Assembly (NCBI GenBank): GCA_051747585.1
Contig: JBNJGH010000067.1
Span: 1 to 18,637 of the forward strand
DNA from: Candidatus Rifleibacteriota bacterium
GTDB lineage: Bacteria > Muiribacteriota > Ozemobacteria > Ozemobacterales > Ozemobacteraceae
DNA length: 18,637 nucleotides
Direction of reading: 5' to 3'
In this document: positions 1 to 8,733 of the stretch, in pieces
How positions within the stretch are numbered: the first letter of the stretch is position 1
How the letters are laid out: each line of letters begins with the position of its first letter
Made by a program: the position numbers and the translations under genes
Notes under the pieces: model-generated
Databases searched by the model: none
What the model saw: only the letters and a program-made list of their open reading frames with translations
Told to the model about the DNA's origin: nothing

Positions 1-200
1 TGAAACTCTTCATAATTGCAATTTGCATCAGAAAAATCAGTCATCATCATTAAAGCAAATAAATCCTGCATTATTTTCTGACTGACGTCTTCAACATTTA
101 CATTAGAATCGGCAACGGCTCTGGTAATACCGGCAAGCACACCAGGCTTGTTAGCGCCGAGAACTGTTATAACAACCTTTTCCTTTTGACTCTGGTTCAC
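1..200 (-). CDS. ACT-domain protein, UPF0237-like (partial, runs off the left edge)
   Basis: Not in the ORF track. Manual translation from GTG at 200 (GGAGG RBS upstream) gives MNQSQKEKVVITVLGANKPGVLAGITRAVADSNVNVEDVSQKIMQDLFALMMMTDFS..., which has the ACT motif ITVxGxxKPG and the DVSQxIMQxxF segment typical of UPF0237. Confidence 0.85.
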   Translation of the reverse strand, partial: MNQSQKEKVVITVLGANKPGVLAGITRAVADSNVNVEDVSQKIMQDLFALMMMTDFSDANCNYEEF

Positions 201-269
201 CGGGAACCTCCCTGCGGATGCGATGATTATATTTTAATAACAATTGCTTGTGTTAATTTACAGCTATTA

Positions 270-298
270 ATCTTAGCGCGTACCCTTTAATTTGGCAA
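270..298 (-). promoter_or_regulatory. Putative sigma70 promoter for the ACT gene
   Basis: Minus strand TTGCCA (298-293), 17-nt spacer, TAAGAT (275-270), about 70 nt upstream of the GTG. Confidence 0.55.
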
Positions 299-306
299 AA
301 TATTTT

Positions 307-909
307 TCAATTTTTCCAGATCGATTGCAATTGTCGGTTAAGACGCACGGGAAAGCCGTTAAAGCTGAAATTATGTAAAACTTCCTTTTCGTCTTTTTCT
401 TCTGTTCTAAAAATTATTTTAAATTCAAACCAGATTCTTCTCAAATCGAATTCCGGGTTTGTCTCGACGATAGCAACCAGCTCATCAATGGTCGTTATTG
501 TTCCATCAGAAAGCTGCAACCTGGGCGTACAACTAAAACTTTTCACCAGTCCCTGGCCGACTTTAACTTTTTTTCCGCCTTTTTCTCTGTGAATTATTTT
601 TTGAGCCGAATCAAACTCGTAGGTAACAAGGGTGTCGCCATGGGGAATAGAAAACCCCACATCTGTTTTCATTACATCTGTAACGATTTGCTTGAAAAAT
701 TCTTCTTCATTTTGCAAGAAAGCATTTTCGAGGTCTTCCTGCAGATATGAGCTTAAAAGACTGCCCTGCCAGGTGCAGGAAACATACTCTTCCTGATGAG
801 AAAAACTACTCAGGGTAGCGCTTAACAACTTAAATATACTATGCAGCAAAATTGAAGAAATTAAACAAACAACCGCAAGTTCTATAAGCGCAAAACCTTT
901 TTTCTTCAT
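307..909 (-). CDS. Type IV prepilin-like protein (PilW/PulJ-like minor pilin), cassette B
   Basis: The likely start is ATG 909, which overlaps the upstream stop as ATGA. MKKKG|FALIELAVVCLISSILL is a class III signal with Gly-1, Phe+1, Glu+5 and a hydrophobic helix. Confidence 0.8.
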   Translation of the reverse strand: MKKKGFALIELAVVCLISSILLHSIFKLLSATLSSFSHQEEYVSCTWQGSLLSSYLQEDLENAFLQNEEEFFKQIVTDVMKTDVGFSIPHGDTLVTYEFDSAQKIIHREKGGKKVKVGQGLVKSFSCTPRLQLSDGTITTIDELVAIVETNPEFDLRRIWFEFKIIFRTEEKDEKEVLHNFSFNGFPVRLNRQLQSIWKN

Positions 910-1328
910 GGCGCCCACTCCAGAACCCGTGAAATAACGAATTGATGAGCAGGCTTCTTTCCCCAACGGATAACCGCTTTAACCATTTTAGCCTTATCGC
1001 CTAAATTTTCAATGGTCAGTTCCCTGGTGAAATTATCGGGGATCTCGGTTAAAGATAACTTTGTGCAAGGCTTTCCCTGTTGCAACAATGCATTATCTGC
1101 ATCGTTTCCGAGTGGGAAACCGCCAACCACCGGAATGTCAGCAAATCGCATAGTACAAATCTGGTTAACAAGCTCAATGGCAAAGTTATTTGCAAGCACT
1201 CTTTCTTTTGTAATTTTCGCTGTTGTACTGCTGCTTGAAAGCAGGGAAAATAACGGCAACAAAGCAATGGCAAAGATGAACGAAGCCACCAGAATTTCAA
1301 CAAAAGAGTATGCTTTTTTATACTTCAT
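906..1328 (-). CDS. Type IV prepilin-like protein (PilV/PulI-like minor pilin), cassette B
   Basis: MKYKKA|YSFVEILVASFIFAIALLPL has Glu+5. The C-terminal FTRELTIE...KMVKAVIRW is typical of PilV-like proteins. Paralog of 10004-10432. Confidence 0.8.
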   Translation of the reverse strand: MKYKKAYSFVEILVASFIFAIALLPLFSLLSSSSTTAKITKERVLANNFAIELVNQICTMRFADIPVVGGFPLGNDADNALLQQGKPCTKLSLTEIPDNFTRELTIENLGDKAKMVKAVIRWGKKPAHQFVISRVLEWAP

Positions 1329-1343
1329 AAAACAGTTGAACAA

Positions 1344-2393
1344 TTACCAGAGAAGATCTTCATCGGCCCCGGCTCCAAGTAAATCTACCAACGGATCCTT
1401 GTCTTTCTCGATTTCATCTTCGAAAGTTTTCACAGCGGGAATTATAAAATTTTCTGCTTTTTGAGGAGTTTTCGAGTCGAATTTAGAGTTTGTCTTGTCA
1501 ACAGGCTTCTTCTTTGCCTGATATTTTGGCCTTTGTGGTTTACTTCCACTGCGAGTTGTTTTTTTGCCTGTTTTACCTCTGGTTTTATCGGCTTTTTTTT
1601 GAAGGCTTTCTATTATATAATTGCTTCTGCTGGCCGACACCTCTGATGATTTTTTTTTATTGGGAACCTTATCGGTCAAAGCATACTGGTCAGCAACTTC
1701 TTTATCAACATGCCTGTAAAGAAAACGATCAAACTCGGCAATAGAAATGTTATCGTCTGCGTTATAGTCCATTAATCTTGCAATTAAGCGCTTGCGCCTA
1801 TCGCTTTGCTTTGAAGGCGACTGATTTATAAGAGCAGAAAGCCTGGTGATTCTTTTACTATAAACCAGAGCCAATAAGTCTGGCATTGCAGCATCAATTT
1901 CACTTTTATCTATCTTATTGTTTTGATCTCGATCAAGAATAGTAAAAATATTTTTTTTGGATTTCAGCCAGGCAAAATTTTGTTCAGCCTCTTGAGGATT
2001 GCTGCTTTGGAATATTTTTTTTACTAACTTCTTTTTTATTTTATTTTCAACTTTTTCTACCGCATCTTTTCTTCTACTTATAACGAAGTCGACAAGCTCC
2101 TGATAAGAAATTGAACCATCAGAGTCGGCATCAAGCTTTTGCAGTCGTTGAACAGCTCGAGGCCTTTTTACCAGGCTGATTTCCTGTGAATCCAATATCT
2201 TGTTACCGTCTCGATCAAGGCTGAAAAAACGATCAAATAAATTTTGTTCGTTAGTATTCTGCCTGTTGCCAGAACGACGAAAGCCTCGTTTATTGCCGCC
2301 GTAATTTTGAAATCCTTGTGCCTGGATTGCAGCTCCTGAAAAGCAATAACAAAAGATAGAAATCAGAATAAACGAACGAAAAATTCTATTCAT
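1344..2393 (-). CDS. Secreted EF-hand calcium-binding protein with a Lys-rich low-complexity C-terminal region
   Basis: Signal peptide (..AAIQA|Q) and four EF-hand loops: DRDGNKILDSQE, DADSDGSISYQE, DRDQNNKIDKSE, DYNADDNISIAE. AAGAGGA RBS upstream. Confidence 0.8.
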   Translation of the reverse strand: MNRIFRSFILISIFCYCFSGAAIQAQGFQNYGGNKRGFRRSGNRQNTNEQNLFDRFFSLDRDGNKILDSQEISLVKRPRAVQRLQKLDADSDGSISYQELVDFVISRRKDAVEKVENKIKKKLVKKIFQSSNPQEAEQNFAWLKSKKNIFTILDRDQNNKIDKSEIDAAMPDLLALVYSKRITRLSALINQSPSKQSDRRKRLIARLMDYNADDNISIAEFDRFLYRHVDKEVADQYALTDKVPNKKKSSEVSASRSNYIIESLQKKADKTRGKTGKKTTRSGSKPQRPKYQAKKKPVDKTNSKFDSKTPQKAENFIIPAVKTFEDEIEKDKDPLVDLLGAGADEDLLW

Positions 2394-2421
2394 ATAAAAA
2401 TCCTCTTAACAAAAATGAAAG

Positions 2422-2500
2422 CCAGGTTTAAACAAATTAACTCAGGGCGTTATCTTTAGCAAGATACCGCCCTGAAGCTAACCTCTGTTTTGAGACCTGG
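2422..2500 (-). terminator. Long stem-loop (terminator or RNA processing/stability element)
   Basis: The core inverted repeat is TCAGGGCG-T-TATCTT/TAGC/AAGATA-C-CGCCCTGA (2442-2475). It extends imperfectly to CCAGGT...ACCTGG and is followed on the minus strand by TTTCATTTTT. Confidence 0.6.
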
Positions 2501-2512
2501 TTTGGAACTGTT

Positions 2513-4375
2513 TTACATACCGCCATCGGTGGTAAAATTTTTACGCCTGAAAACATGGAAATGAAAAGTGCAACCATCCCGGTTCAAGAACTGACCACCA
2601 CTTTCAGGTAAGATTTTTACTCTTACATTACCTCCTACAGGAAGCTTTTTATCGAGATTAATTTTGATTAATGATTTTTTTACCTGAACTTTATTATTCT
2701 GATCAAAATTGATTGTTTCGGGGTTGAGCCTTACTCTTACCAGAGACTGGTTTTGGGCAGTATTAAAGCTAGCAGGATACAAAGTAACTTTTGTTTTCAG
2801 CTTAACCGAGTCAACGTATTTTACTTCATCGCCATCAAAAACCAGGTTCGCTATATTTAAGCGACGTTTAAAAGTTTTACCCGGAGCAGCTCTGATAACC
2901 CAGAGGCTTCTTCTGCCGCAGTTATTAGTTTTGTCTTTGTCACCGGGAGAACTTACCCTGATCTGAAGGCTTGCGTGACCTTTTATTTTTGATTTTGCAG
3001 GTATTTCTACATCGACGAATTCACCGGGATTAATTTTTTCAACCACGACCGGATTACCAAACTCTTTAAAATTTCCCAGAAGAGCGAAACGGCTGAAGTA
3101 AGTCTGAACTTTTACATTTTCGGCTGTTTCGTTACCGAAGTTATAAACTCGGGTTTTGATTATATAATCAACGCCCTGATGAAGACTCTGATCTGTTACT
3201 TCCTTTCCATTTTGAGCCAGGAAGATTTTAATATCGGGATTGGCCCAGGCCGGTATGGTCAGCTCCTGATCAAAATAACGAAAACCAGAATTATCTTTAT
3301 AAGCAGGCTGAGAAATGCCGGGATCGGCATTATTGGATACATTACCTGTACCAATAACCTTGTTGAGATGTTGCCAGATCTCATTTGTAAAGGTAGTCAC
3401 CGCATCTTCCTTATCATTTTCAGCAGAGTCGCCCTGACGAATTACTACCAGATTCTGGCTGGGCACTATAAAAATCTTCTGATCATTTTTACCCAGAGCA
3501 CAAAACATATCTGCAGGCGCAGCAGGTACAAGACTTCCTTCACCTTTTTTTGGCGGATGACCGGCAATAAAAGAATCTTTACCGTTAAGCCACCAGAGAT
3601 ATCCATAAGAAGGATTATCTTGCTGCGAAGTATTAACCATGTCATAAAAGAAATCTTTATCTTCCATAATTTCCCGGCCATTCCAGTTTCCGCCTGCGAG
3701 AACCATTAAACCGAATCTCGCCATATCGCGCGCGTTCATCTCAAAGGTATGTTTTAAAAACTTTGTGTTTTTCATTCCCAGTGGTTTATAAAGAACTTTT
3801 TTGGCAACTTGATCTACTTTATAACCGGTAGCGGCTTCTAAAAGATCATGAAGATTATGATAAGCCTTTGTATTATATCGCCATTTTTCGCCTGGCTCAG
3901 CTTCAAATTTGAGCCTGTTGTCAAGACCACTGTTCATTGAAAGCAAATGCTGGATTTTAATTTTCTTTTCGTTTTCGAGATTTTCTTTTGTCCAGCCGGG
4001 AATAAAATCTGATACAGACTGACTAATTTCAAGTTTACCTTTTTCCTGTGCCAGGCCTACCAGAAATGCTGTAAGACTTTTACCCACAGAGTAAACCCTT
4101 TGTTTATAATCGGCATTTTCTTTAGCCCAGTATTTTTCTACGACAATTTTGCCGTCTTTTAAAATTAAAAATGATTTACTCGAGTGCTCCTTTAAAAAGC
4201 CTTCCATTTCTTTGATCGCATTCATGTTCCAGCCGAGCTCTTGCGGCGAAATAGTATCCCAATTGCTTTCCCCGGGGAAATATAGTTTTTCTGCTGCCCC
4301 TAAAGTTGATGAACTCACTGTAACGACAGTAACCAGAACAATTAGCAAAAATAGCCTGAAAACCTTAGATCTCAT
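2513..4375 (-). CDS. Secreted serine hydrolase (class C beta-lactamase/AmpC-like fold) with C-terminal Ig/CARDB-like domain
   Basis: Signal peptide, SxxK motif (YSVGKS), QHLLSMNSGL, PGEKWRYN, MNARDMARFG, YGYLWW and ALGKNDQKIFIVPSQNLVVIR. The C-terminus has WANPDI...TRVYNFGNETAENVKV...INPGE...TNN, which looks CARDB-like. Confidence 0.85.
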   Translation of the reverse strand: MRSKVFRLFLLIVLVTVVTVSSSTLGAAEKLYFPGESNWDTISPQELGWNMNAIKEMEGFLKEHSSKSFLILKDGKIVVEKYWAKENADYKQRVYSVGKSLTAFLVGLAQEKGKLEISQSVSDFIPGWTKENLENEKKIKIQHLLSMNSGLDNRLKFEAEPGEKWRYNTKAYHNLHDLLEAATGYKVDQVAKKVLYKPLGMKNTKFLKHTFEMNARDMARFGLMVLAGGNWNGREIMEDKDFFYDMVNTSQQDNPSYGYLWWLNGKDSFIAGHPPKKGEGSLVPAAPADMFCALGKNDQKIFIVPSQNLVVIRQGDSAENDKEDAVTTFTNEIWQHLNKVIGTGNVSNNADPGISQPAYKDNSGFRYFDQELTIPAWANPDIKIFLAQNGKEVTDQSLHQGVDYIIKTRVYNFGNETAENVKVQTYFSRFALLGNFKEFGNPVVVEKINPGEFVDVEIPAKSKIKGHASLQIRVSSPGDKDKTNNCGRRSLWVIRAAPGKTFKRRLNIANLVFDGDEVKYVDSVKLKTKVTLYPASFNTAQNQSLVRVRLNPETINFDQNNKVQVKKSLIKINLDKKLPVGGNVRVKILPESGGQFLNRDGCTFHFHVFRRKNFTTDGGM

Positions 4376-4402
4376 TATCGACCTCCCTGAAAATTTATTC
4401 GG

Positions 4403-4933
4403 TTAAAAAGCGCTTTCGAGATTGTTGATAGTCAACTTTTCTACGCTTTGTTGATTATTTTGTTGCTCAATTATTGCAATCAGCTGGTCTGACTCGAGAT
4501 TCACATCATCAAAATCGCCAAGCGAATTAATTTTTTTCATATTGGCTCGATGCGCCTTGATAAAATATGGCAACCGCCTGCGTAAAGATTCTACCCTGGC
4601 CTTTGCAGCATCAGAGCTTGCCATTTTGCTTTCAAGATAGCGCCCGAGTTTAAGTAATTTTTTGAATTGAAGCCTGGCTGATATAAATCTGGCTTTGACA
4701 AGTGCTTTATCAATATGTCTCTTGTTTTCGAGCCTGAATATTACTTCTTTATCATATTCAAGAATTGTTTTAGCAATAGAGATCATTCGTAAATAAACCA
4801 TCTGTGCATAACGGCCTGCAGGCATAAGATCGTCATTATCTGCCGCATGCAAACTACCCGCAAGCAATACTGCAAAAACGAAAATAAAAAAACTTGAAGA
4901 AAAAATAGACATCGTTGTTTTTTTAAAATTCAT
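4403..4933 (-). CDS. Hypothetical secreted, predicted helical protein
   Basis: 176-aa ORF with a hydrophobic N-terminus ending LAGSLHA|A and no recognised family. It lies directly behind an ECF-type promoter. Confidence 0.65.
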   Translation of the reverse strand: MNFKKTTMSIFSSSFFIFVFAVLLAGSLHAADNDDLMPAGRYAQMVYLRMISIAKTILEYDKEVIFRLENKRHIDKALVKARFISARLQFKKLLKLGRYLESKMASSDAAKARVESLRRRLPYFIKAHRANMKKINSLGDFDDVNLESDQLIAIIEQQNNQQSVEKLTINNLESAF

Positions 4934-4964
4934 AAATACTTATCCTGATTTGGAATCTATACTT

Positions 4965-4993
4965 TAGACCGAAGAAAAAATTAATTTGTCACA
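4965..4993 (-). promoter_or_regulatory. ECF-type promoter copy 1 (TGTGAC-N17-GGTCTA)
   Basis: Minus strand TGTGAC 4993-4988, 17-nt spacer, GGTCTA 4970-4965, upstream of ATG 4933. The same bipartite motif and spacing occur at 6545-6573 and 8734-8762. Confidence 0.75.
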
Positions 4994-4999
4994 AGAATT

Positions 5000-5998
5000 T
5001 TAAAAAGCATCATTTAAATTTTTTATTTGCTGATCATAGTTTTCAATTTCTGAACCCGTAGCTTCTGTATCTGATTCTGGCTCTGAAGTTTTCTGATGAG
5101 TATTTGAAGCAGTTTCGGATTTGCGGGGATTTTTTAAATCAGATTTTTTAAAATTACCGACTTTTTTTCTATTCATTTCTTGATTGATTTTTTTTACTGG
5201 TACAAATTCTTTGTAACTTTCACCTTTATTTAGCCGTCTTACAGGTTTGTCAGTTTTATCAAAAATTTCAATGCTTCCATTTACAACTCTAATCTGGTTT
5301 ACCTTATCATCTGCAAAAACTTTTAAAGTAGTTCCATAAACTTTTACATTGTATAAAGGCAACTTAAGACTGATCTGACCTTTTTTCACCTCAAAGTTCA
5401 TTTCAGCCTCACCTGCAATAAATTCAACTGCAGTTTTTGAAACTTCAGCAACAAAGTCGCCTTTACAGGCTATTTTTCTTTGCGGAGCAAATCCGATATT
5501 GCATTCCATCGATTGTTTAAGTTTTATTTGTCGTATTTCTTTTATTTGAATTTTATCCACCAGCTTTTCTGAACCGGTTTTTTCATCAATAAGATAAAAT
5601 TGCCCGGCAATGAGCGGATAAATTTTTTCGGCCACATCTACTTTTTTTATCATGTGCTTTCTTTGAGGCGAACTGTAAAACAGAATTAGCCCAATTATTA
5701 CCAGGCAGGCTACAGCCACTTTTAAACCCAATGGGCCAAATATTTTTTCCAGAATTGATACAGATTTGTTTGAAGTTTTTTCATGTTTCAATCTGGAAAG
5801 AATCTGGTGTTTGAGCCGTTCTGCCTGCTCGGGCATGAGATCTTTTTCTTCTATTGAATCGACAAACAGATTGTAATTAGCAAATGCAGATTCACATTCA
5901 GAGCATTCTTTTAAATGTTGCCTGATTTCCTGAATTTCTTTTTCAGACAACTTTCGGGTGTTTTCGATCAATAAATTTTTTAACTGGTTACAATTCAT
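5000..5998 (-). CDS. Anti-sigma factor: ZAS/zf-HC2 zinc finger, TM helix and FecR-like extracytoplasmic domain
   Basis: The likely start is ATG 5998 (MNCNQLKNLL), an ATGA overlap with the sigma stop. It has HLKECSEC (HxxxCxxC), a TM segment VAVACLVIIGLILFY, and FecR-like VKVYGTTLKV...IRVVNGSIEI. Confidence 0.85.
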   Translation of the reverse strand: MNCNQLKNLLIENTRKLSEKEIQEIRQHLKECSECESAFANYNLFVDSIEEKDLMPEQAERLKHQILSRLKHEKTSNKSVSILEKIFGPLGLKVAVACLVIIGLILFYSSPQRKHMIKKVDVAEKIYPLIAGQFYLIDEKTGSEKLVDKIQIKEIRQIKLKQSMECNIGFAPQRKIACKGDFVAEVSKTAVEFIAGEAEMNFEVKKGQISLKLPLYNVKVYGTTLKVFADDKVNQIRVVNGSIEIFDKTDKPVRRLNKGESYKEFVPVKKINQEMNRKKVGNFKKSDLKNPRKSETASNTHQKTSEPESDTEATGSEIENYDQQIKNLNDAF

Positions 5999-6513
5999 CT
6001 TTGTAACTCCTGACGGAGTGCTTTTAAAACACGCCAGACCATATTTCTTAAAGTTCCGACCGGAACATCGCAAAGTTCTGCTATTTCTTTATATGAAAGA
6101 TCAAAAATAAATCTGTAAATCAGTATTTTTCTTTCGCTCTCTTTAAAAGGTGCAATAATAGTTAGAAAAGATTCACGCACTTCTTTTGGACTTTTGAACT
6201 CGCTGCTTATATCCTCTTTTTTAAGGTTATGGAAGGTATTCTGACTTTTCTTTTGCTGCCTGATTAAATCTATGCCGCAATTATAGGTTATTCTGGCCAG
6301 CCAGCTTTTTATCGAAGAGCTTTTTTTTATGCTTGCAGCAAACCTGAAAACCCTTACAAATACATTTTGATAAATATCTTCTGCATCGGCCTGGTTTCTT
6401 ACCATAGCCCAGGCTTTAGCGTAAACGAACCTACCATAACTATCTATAAGGTCTTCAACAGCTTTAACTTCACCTGTCTGCAGCCTTTTGATCAGATCAT
6501 CATCTTTTGTCAT
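5995..6513 (-). CDS. ECF-family RNA polymerase sigma factor
   Basis: 172 aa. Region 2 has DAEDIYQNVF and IKSWLARITYN, and region 4 has LSYKEIAELCDVPVGTL. Coupled to the anti-sigma gene. Confidence 0.93.
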   Translation of the reverse strand: MTKDDDLIKRLQTGEVKAVEDLIDSYGRFVYAKAWAMVRNQADAEDIYQNVFVRVFRFAASIKKSSSIKSWLARITYNCGIDLIRQQKKSQNTFHNLKKEDISSEFKSPKEVRESFLTIIAPFKESERKILIYRFIFDLSYKEIAELCDVPVGTLRNMVWRVLKALRQELQR

Positions 6514-6544
6514 TCTTAATCAACTTATAAGTTTTTCTATTATA

Positions 6545-6573
6545 TTGACATTCAAATTCAACAATATGTCACA
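6545..6573 (-). promoter_or_regulatory. ECF-type promoter copy 2 (TGTGAC-N17-TGTCAA), probable autoregulatory promoter of the sigma gene
   Basis: Minus strand TGTGAC 6573-6568, 17-nt spacer, TGTCAA 6550-6545, about 30 nt upstream of the sigma ATG. Confidence 0.75.
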
Positions 6574-6576
6574 AAA

Positions 6577-8670
6577 TTAAAAAGATACTGTTATATTATC
6601 AGAATAATCTGCCACAAAACATCGATAATAATAATCGTAATTCTTGCCGGAAGGATCGTTTAACTTGTTATAAAGAATGCGCCCGCCGGCCTTAAACTCA
6701 ATTGGGTTATAGTTGTTAACCGCTAAAGTTCCATTTAAATCAAGTCCGCGATTAGGAGTGTTATTTTTCACAGTGCCATTTAAAGCAATAAGATTTGCAC
6801 AAACAGGCTGACCAGATGAAAGATTTAAAAAAATATTTCCATCCAGGGCAACTATAGTTAACACTTCATCAGGGTCTGACAATCCAATTGCTCCAACCTC
6901 TATGTCGCCGTTTTCAACCAGCAGCAACCCGCCCCTTGTCAGGCTCAAACCATCAGGCAATTTAACTTGTTGCCCCTGAGAATTTTCAATCGATACCGTA
7001 ATTCCCAGGTTCAAACGATTATTTTCCGAGTCATAAAATCTCTCAAGGAACTCTTCAAAATCGTTTATTCTGTATGAAATTTTATCGTCTAAACCTTCTA
7101 CCGGGTAATCCTGGGGATAACCATCTTTGTAAAAATCTAGATCTGCAAATACTTCTGAATCAAACTTCAAAGAAAATTTATGCTGATAATCTGCAACGCT
7201 TTCTCCAAAACAACTGGTCTCGGGAAAAAAGTTATCTTCTGTCCTGAAATACAAATAATCGTGGCTGCGCAAATATGGTTCTGATATTATTGAACACATG
7301 TTCTCCTGATATTCAAAATCAGAAGCAAACATATTACTGTAATTTATCAGCCCGTTATCGAGCTGAATCGGAGTGCCGGGATCAAGACTTCCATTCGAAG
7401 CTGCATCAATAGTAGAGAGAGGCATTGGAAGATTGCCAACAGGCTCATCGGTCTCTCTGACATAATCAACAACTGCATCTCGCTGACCATCAAGATCAAC
7501 ATCTACTACAATTCCGCAAAAGTCTGCATAGCAACGATTTACATTGCCAAGAACAAGGGTAGGCGATGGATTAGATCTAGTTCCAAAAAGATTTAATGAA
7601 GACGAGCGCATTCTGGTTTCAGAAGTTGAATCTGAATCGGGAAAACTGACTGCAAGCCTCTGATCATAGTTCATACCACCGCCATTGTCCTGGGTTGTAT
7701 AAAAACCGGCAACAACATGTTTTAAAATATAAGCAAACTCACTTGCAAAATCAGGGCCACTGTTGAGCGACTGGGGCCATGTCTGGGTATAGTCAGGTGG
7801 AGCAGCAAAGAATGAAGGGGGAAACATAGTGTAATAACCGGGTATACCTGAGCTTTGATCCATTGCGTAAAAGTGAAAAAGCTCGCCGTAAGCCTCGAAG
7901 TTTCCCCCGGTAAGATTGATATCTACGCTATCTCCGCCAATAAATATATAACCACGTTTCTGCCAGCTGTCAGGGTCATTTATTTCAGATGCAGCAAAGT
8001 CAAGTTCGCCACCATTCTTTAAAATTACCGGAAGACAGTTAGTGCTTTGAGCAAAAGCACTGTCTGAATAACCGTCTATATGATTCGCAAAGCAATTCAA
8101 AACCTTAGAATCATCTAAATTTTTGACATAAAAAGTAAATTTTCCCAGAATATCGGGTAACAGATTAATCAGTCTTATTTGCCTGTCTTCGCTAAGTTTG
8201 CAATAAAATCCATTTGATGTGACTTCTGATGTAATTGTTACGACAAGCTCTTTTTCGAATGGATCAAAACCGGTTGTAGCTAAATTTTCTTCTTCGCGAA
8301 GTTGATGTATGTTTTTTACAATAATAGAACAATCAGCTGTAGCCTTTGAATAGTTTTGTAATATGTCTGGAAGCAAAGGAAAAGAAATTGGTATTTCATT
8401 ACCAGGCTCAATAGATTCAGAACGGAAAAACGAAGTTAGATCAGAATCTTCTGACTCCAGCTCTTCATTAAGCCTTGCTACAGAATAGTTTAAAACAGAT
8501 TGAGCCAGAACCATGGCAGTGGATCTTTTCTGAAGATGTCTGGATTGAGAAAGCTTCTTTCTTGTATAAGAATCTATACTGAAAGCGAAAATGCTTACAA
8601 TAACAAGCACTCCCAAAAGCGTATAAAGGACTATGCCGCGTTTATCCTCAATAATTTTGAGCTTAATCAA
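6577..8670 (-). CDS. Large PilX/GspK-like prepilin protein (697 aa), cassette B
   Basis: TTG start. EDKRG|IVLYTLLGVLVIVSIF is a class III-like signal lacking Glu+5, as in PilX/GspK. The C-terminus has beta-solenoid-like segments (GGLLLVENGDIEV, IVALDGNIFL). Paralog of 10429-12480. Confidence 0.7.
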   Translation of the reverse strand: MIKLKIIEDKRGIVLYTLLGVLVIVSIFAFSIDSYTRKKLSQSRHLQKRSTAMVLAQSVLNYSVARLNEELESEDSDLTSFFRSESIEPGNEIPISFPLLPDILQNYSKATADCSIIVKNIHQLREEENLATTGFDPFEKELVVTITSEVTSNGFYCKLSEDRQIRLINLLPDILGKFTFYVKNLDDSKVLNCFANHIDGYSDSAFAQSTNCLPVILKNGGELDFAASEINDPDSWQKRGYIFIGGDSVDINLTGGNFEAYGELFHFYAMDQSSGIPGYYTMFPPSFFAAPPDYTQTWPQSLNSGPDFASEFAYILKHVVAGFYTTQDNGGGMNYDQRLAVSFPDSDSTSETRMRSSSLNLFGTRSNPSPTLVLGNVNRCYADFCGIVVDVDLDGQRDAVVDYVRETDEPVGNLPMPLSTIDAASNGSLDPGTPIQLDNGLINYSNMFASDFEYQENMCSIISEPYLRSHDYLYFRTEDNFFPETSCFGESVADYQHKFSLKFDSEVFADLDFYKDGYPQDYPVEGLDDKISYRINDFEEFLERFYDSENNRLNLGITVSIENSQGQQVKLPDGLSLTRGGLLLVENGDIEVGAIGLSDPDEVLTIVALDGNIFLNLSSGQPVCANLIALNGTVKNNTPNRGLDLNGTLAVNNYNPIEFKAGGRILYNKLNDPSGKNYDYYYRCFVADYSDNITVSF

Positions 8671-8733
8671 TTAAAAATTCCTGTTTAACTTCTTTGTTCT
8701 TTAAATTATCATATTTTTTGTTTGACCAGAAAT

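Noticed and set aside
1590..1960. T8-T9 homopolymer runs in the EF-hand gene as phase-variation tracts
   Set aside because: They are explained by Lys codons in an AT-rich genome, and the frame is intact.
1012..4406. Plus-strand and alternate-frame ORFs (1012-1464, 1049-1303, 1461-1646, 1490-1744, 2709-2966, 3179-3709, 3466-3681, 4149-4406)
   Set aside because: They are shadows of well-supported minus-strand genes and show no recognisable motifs.
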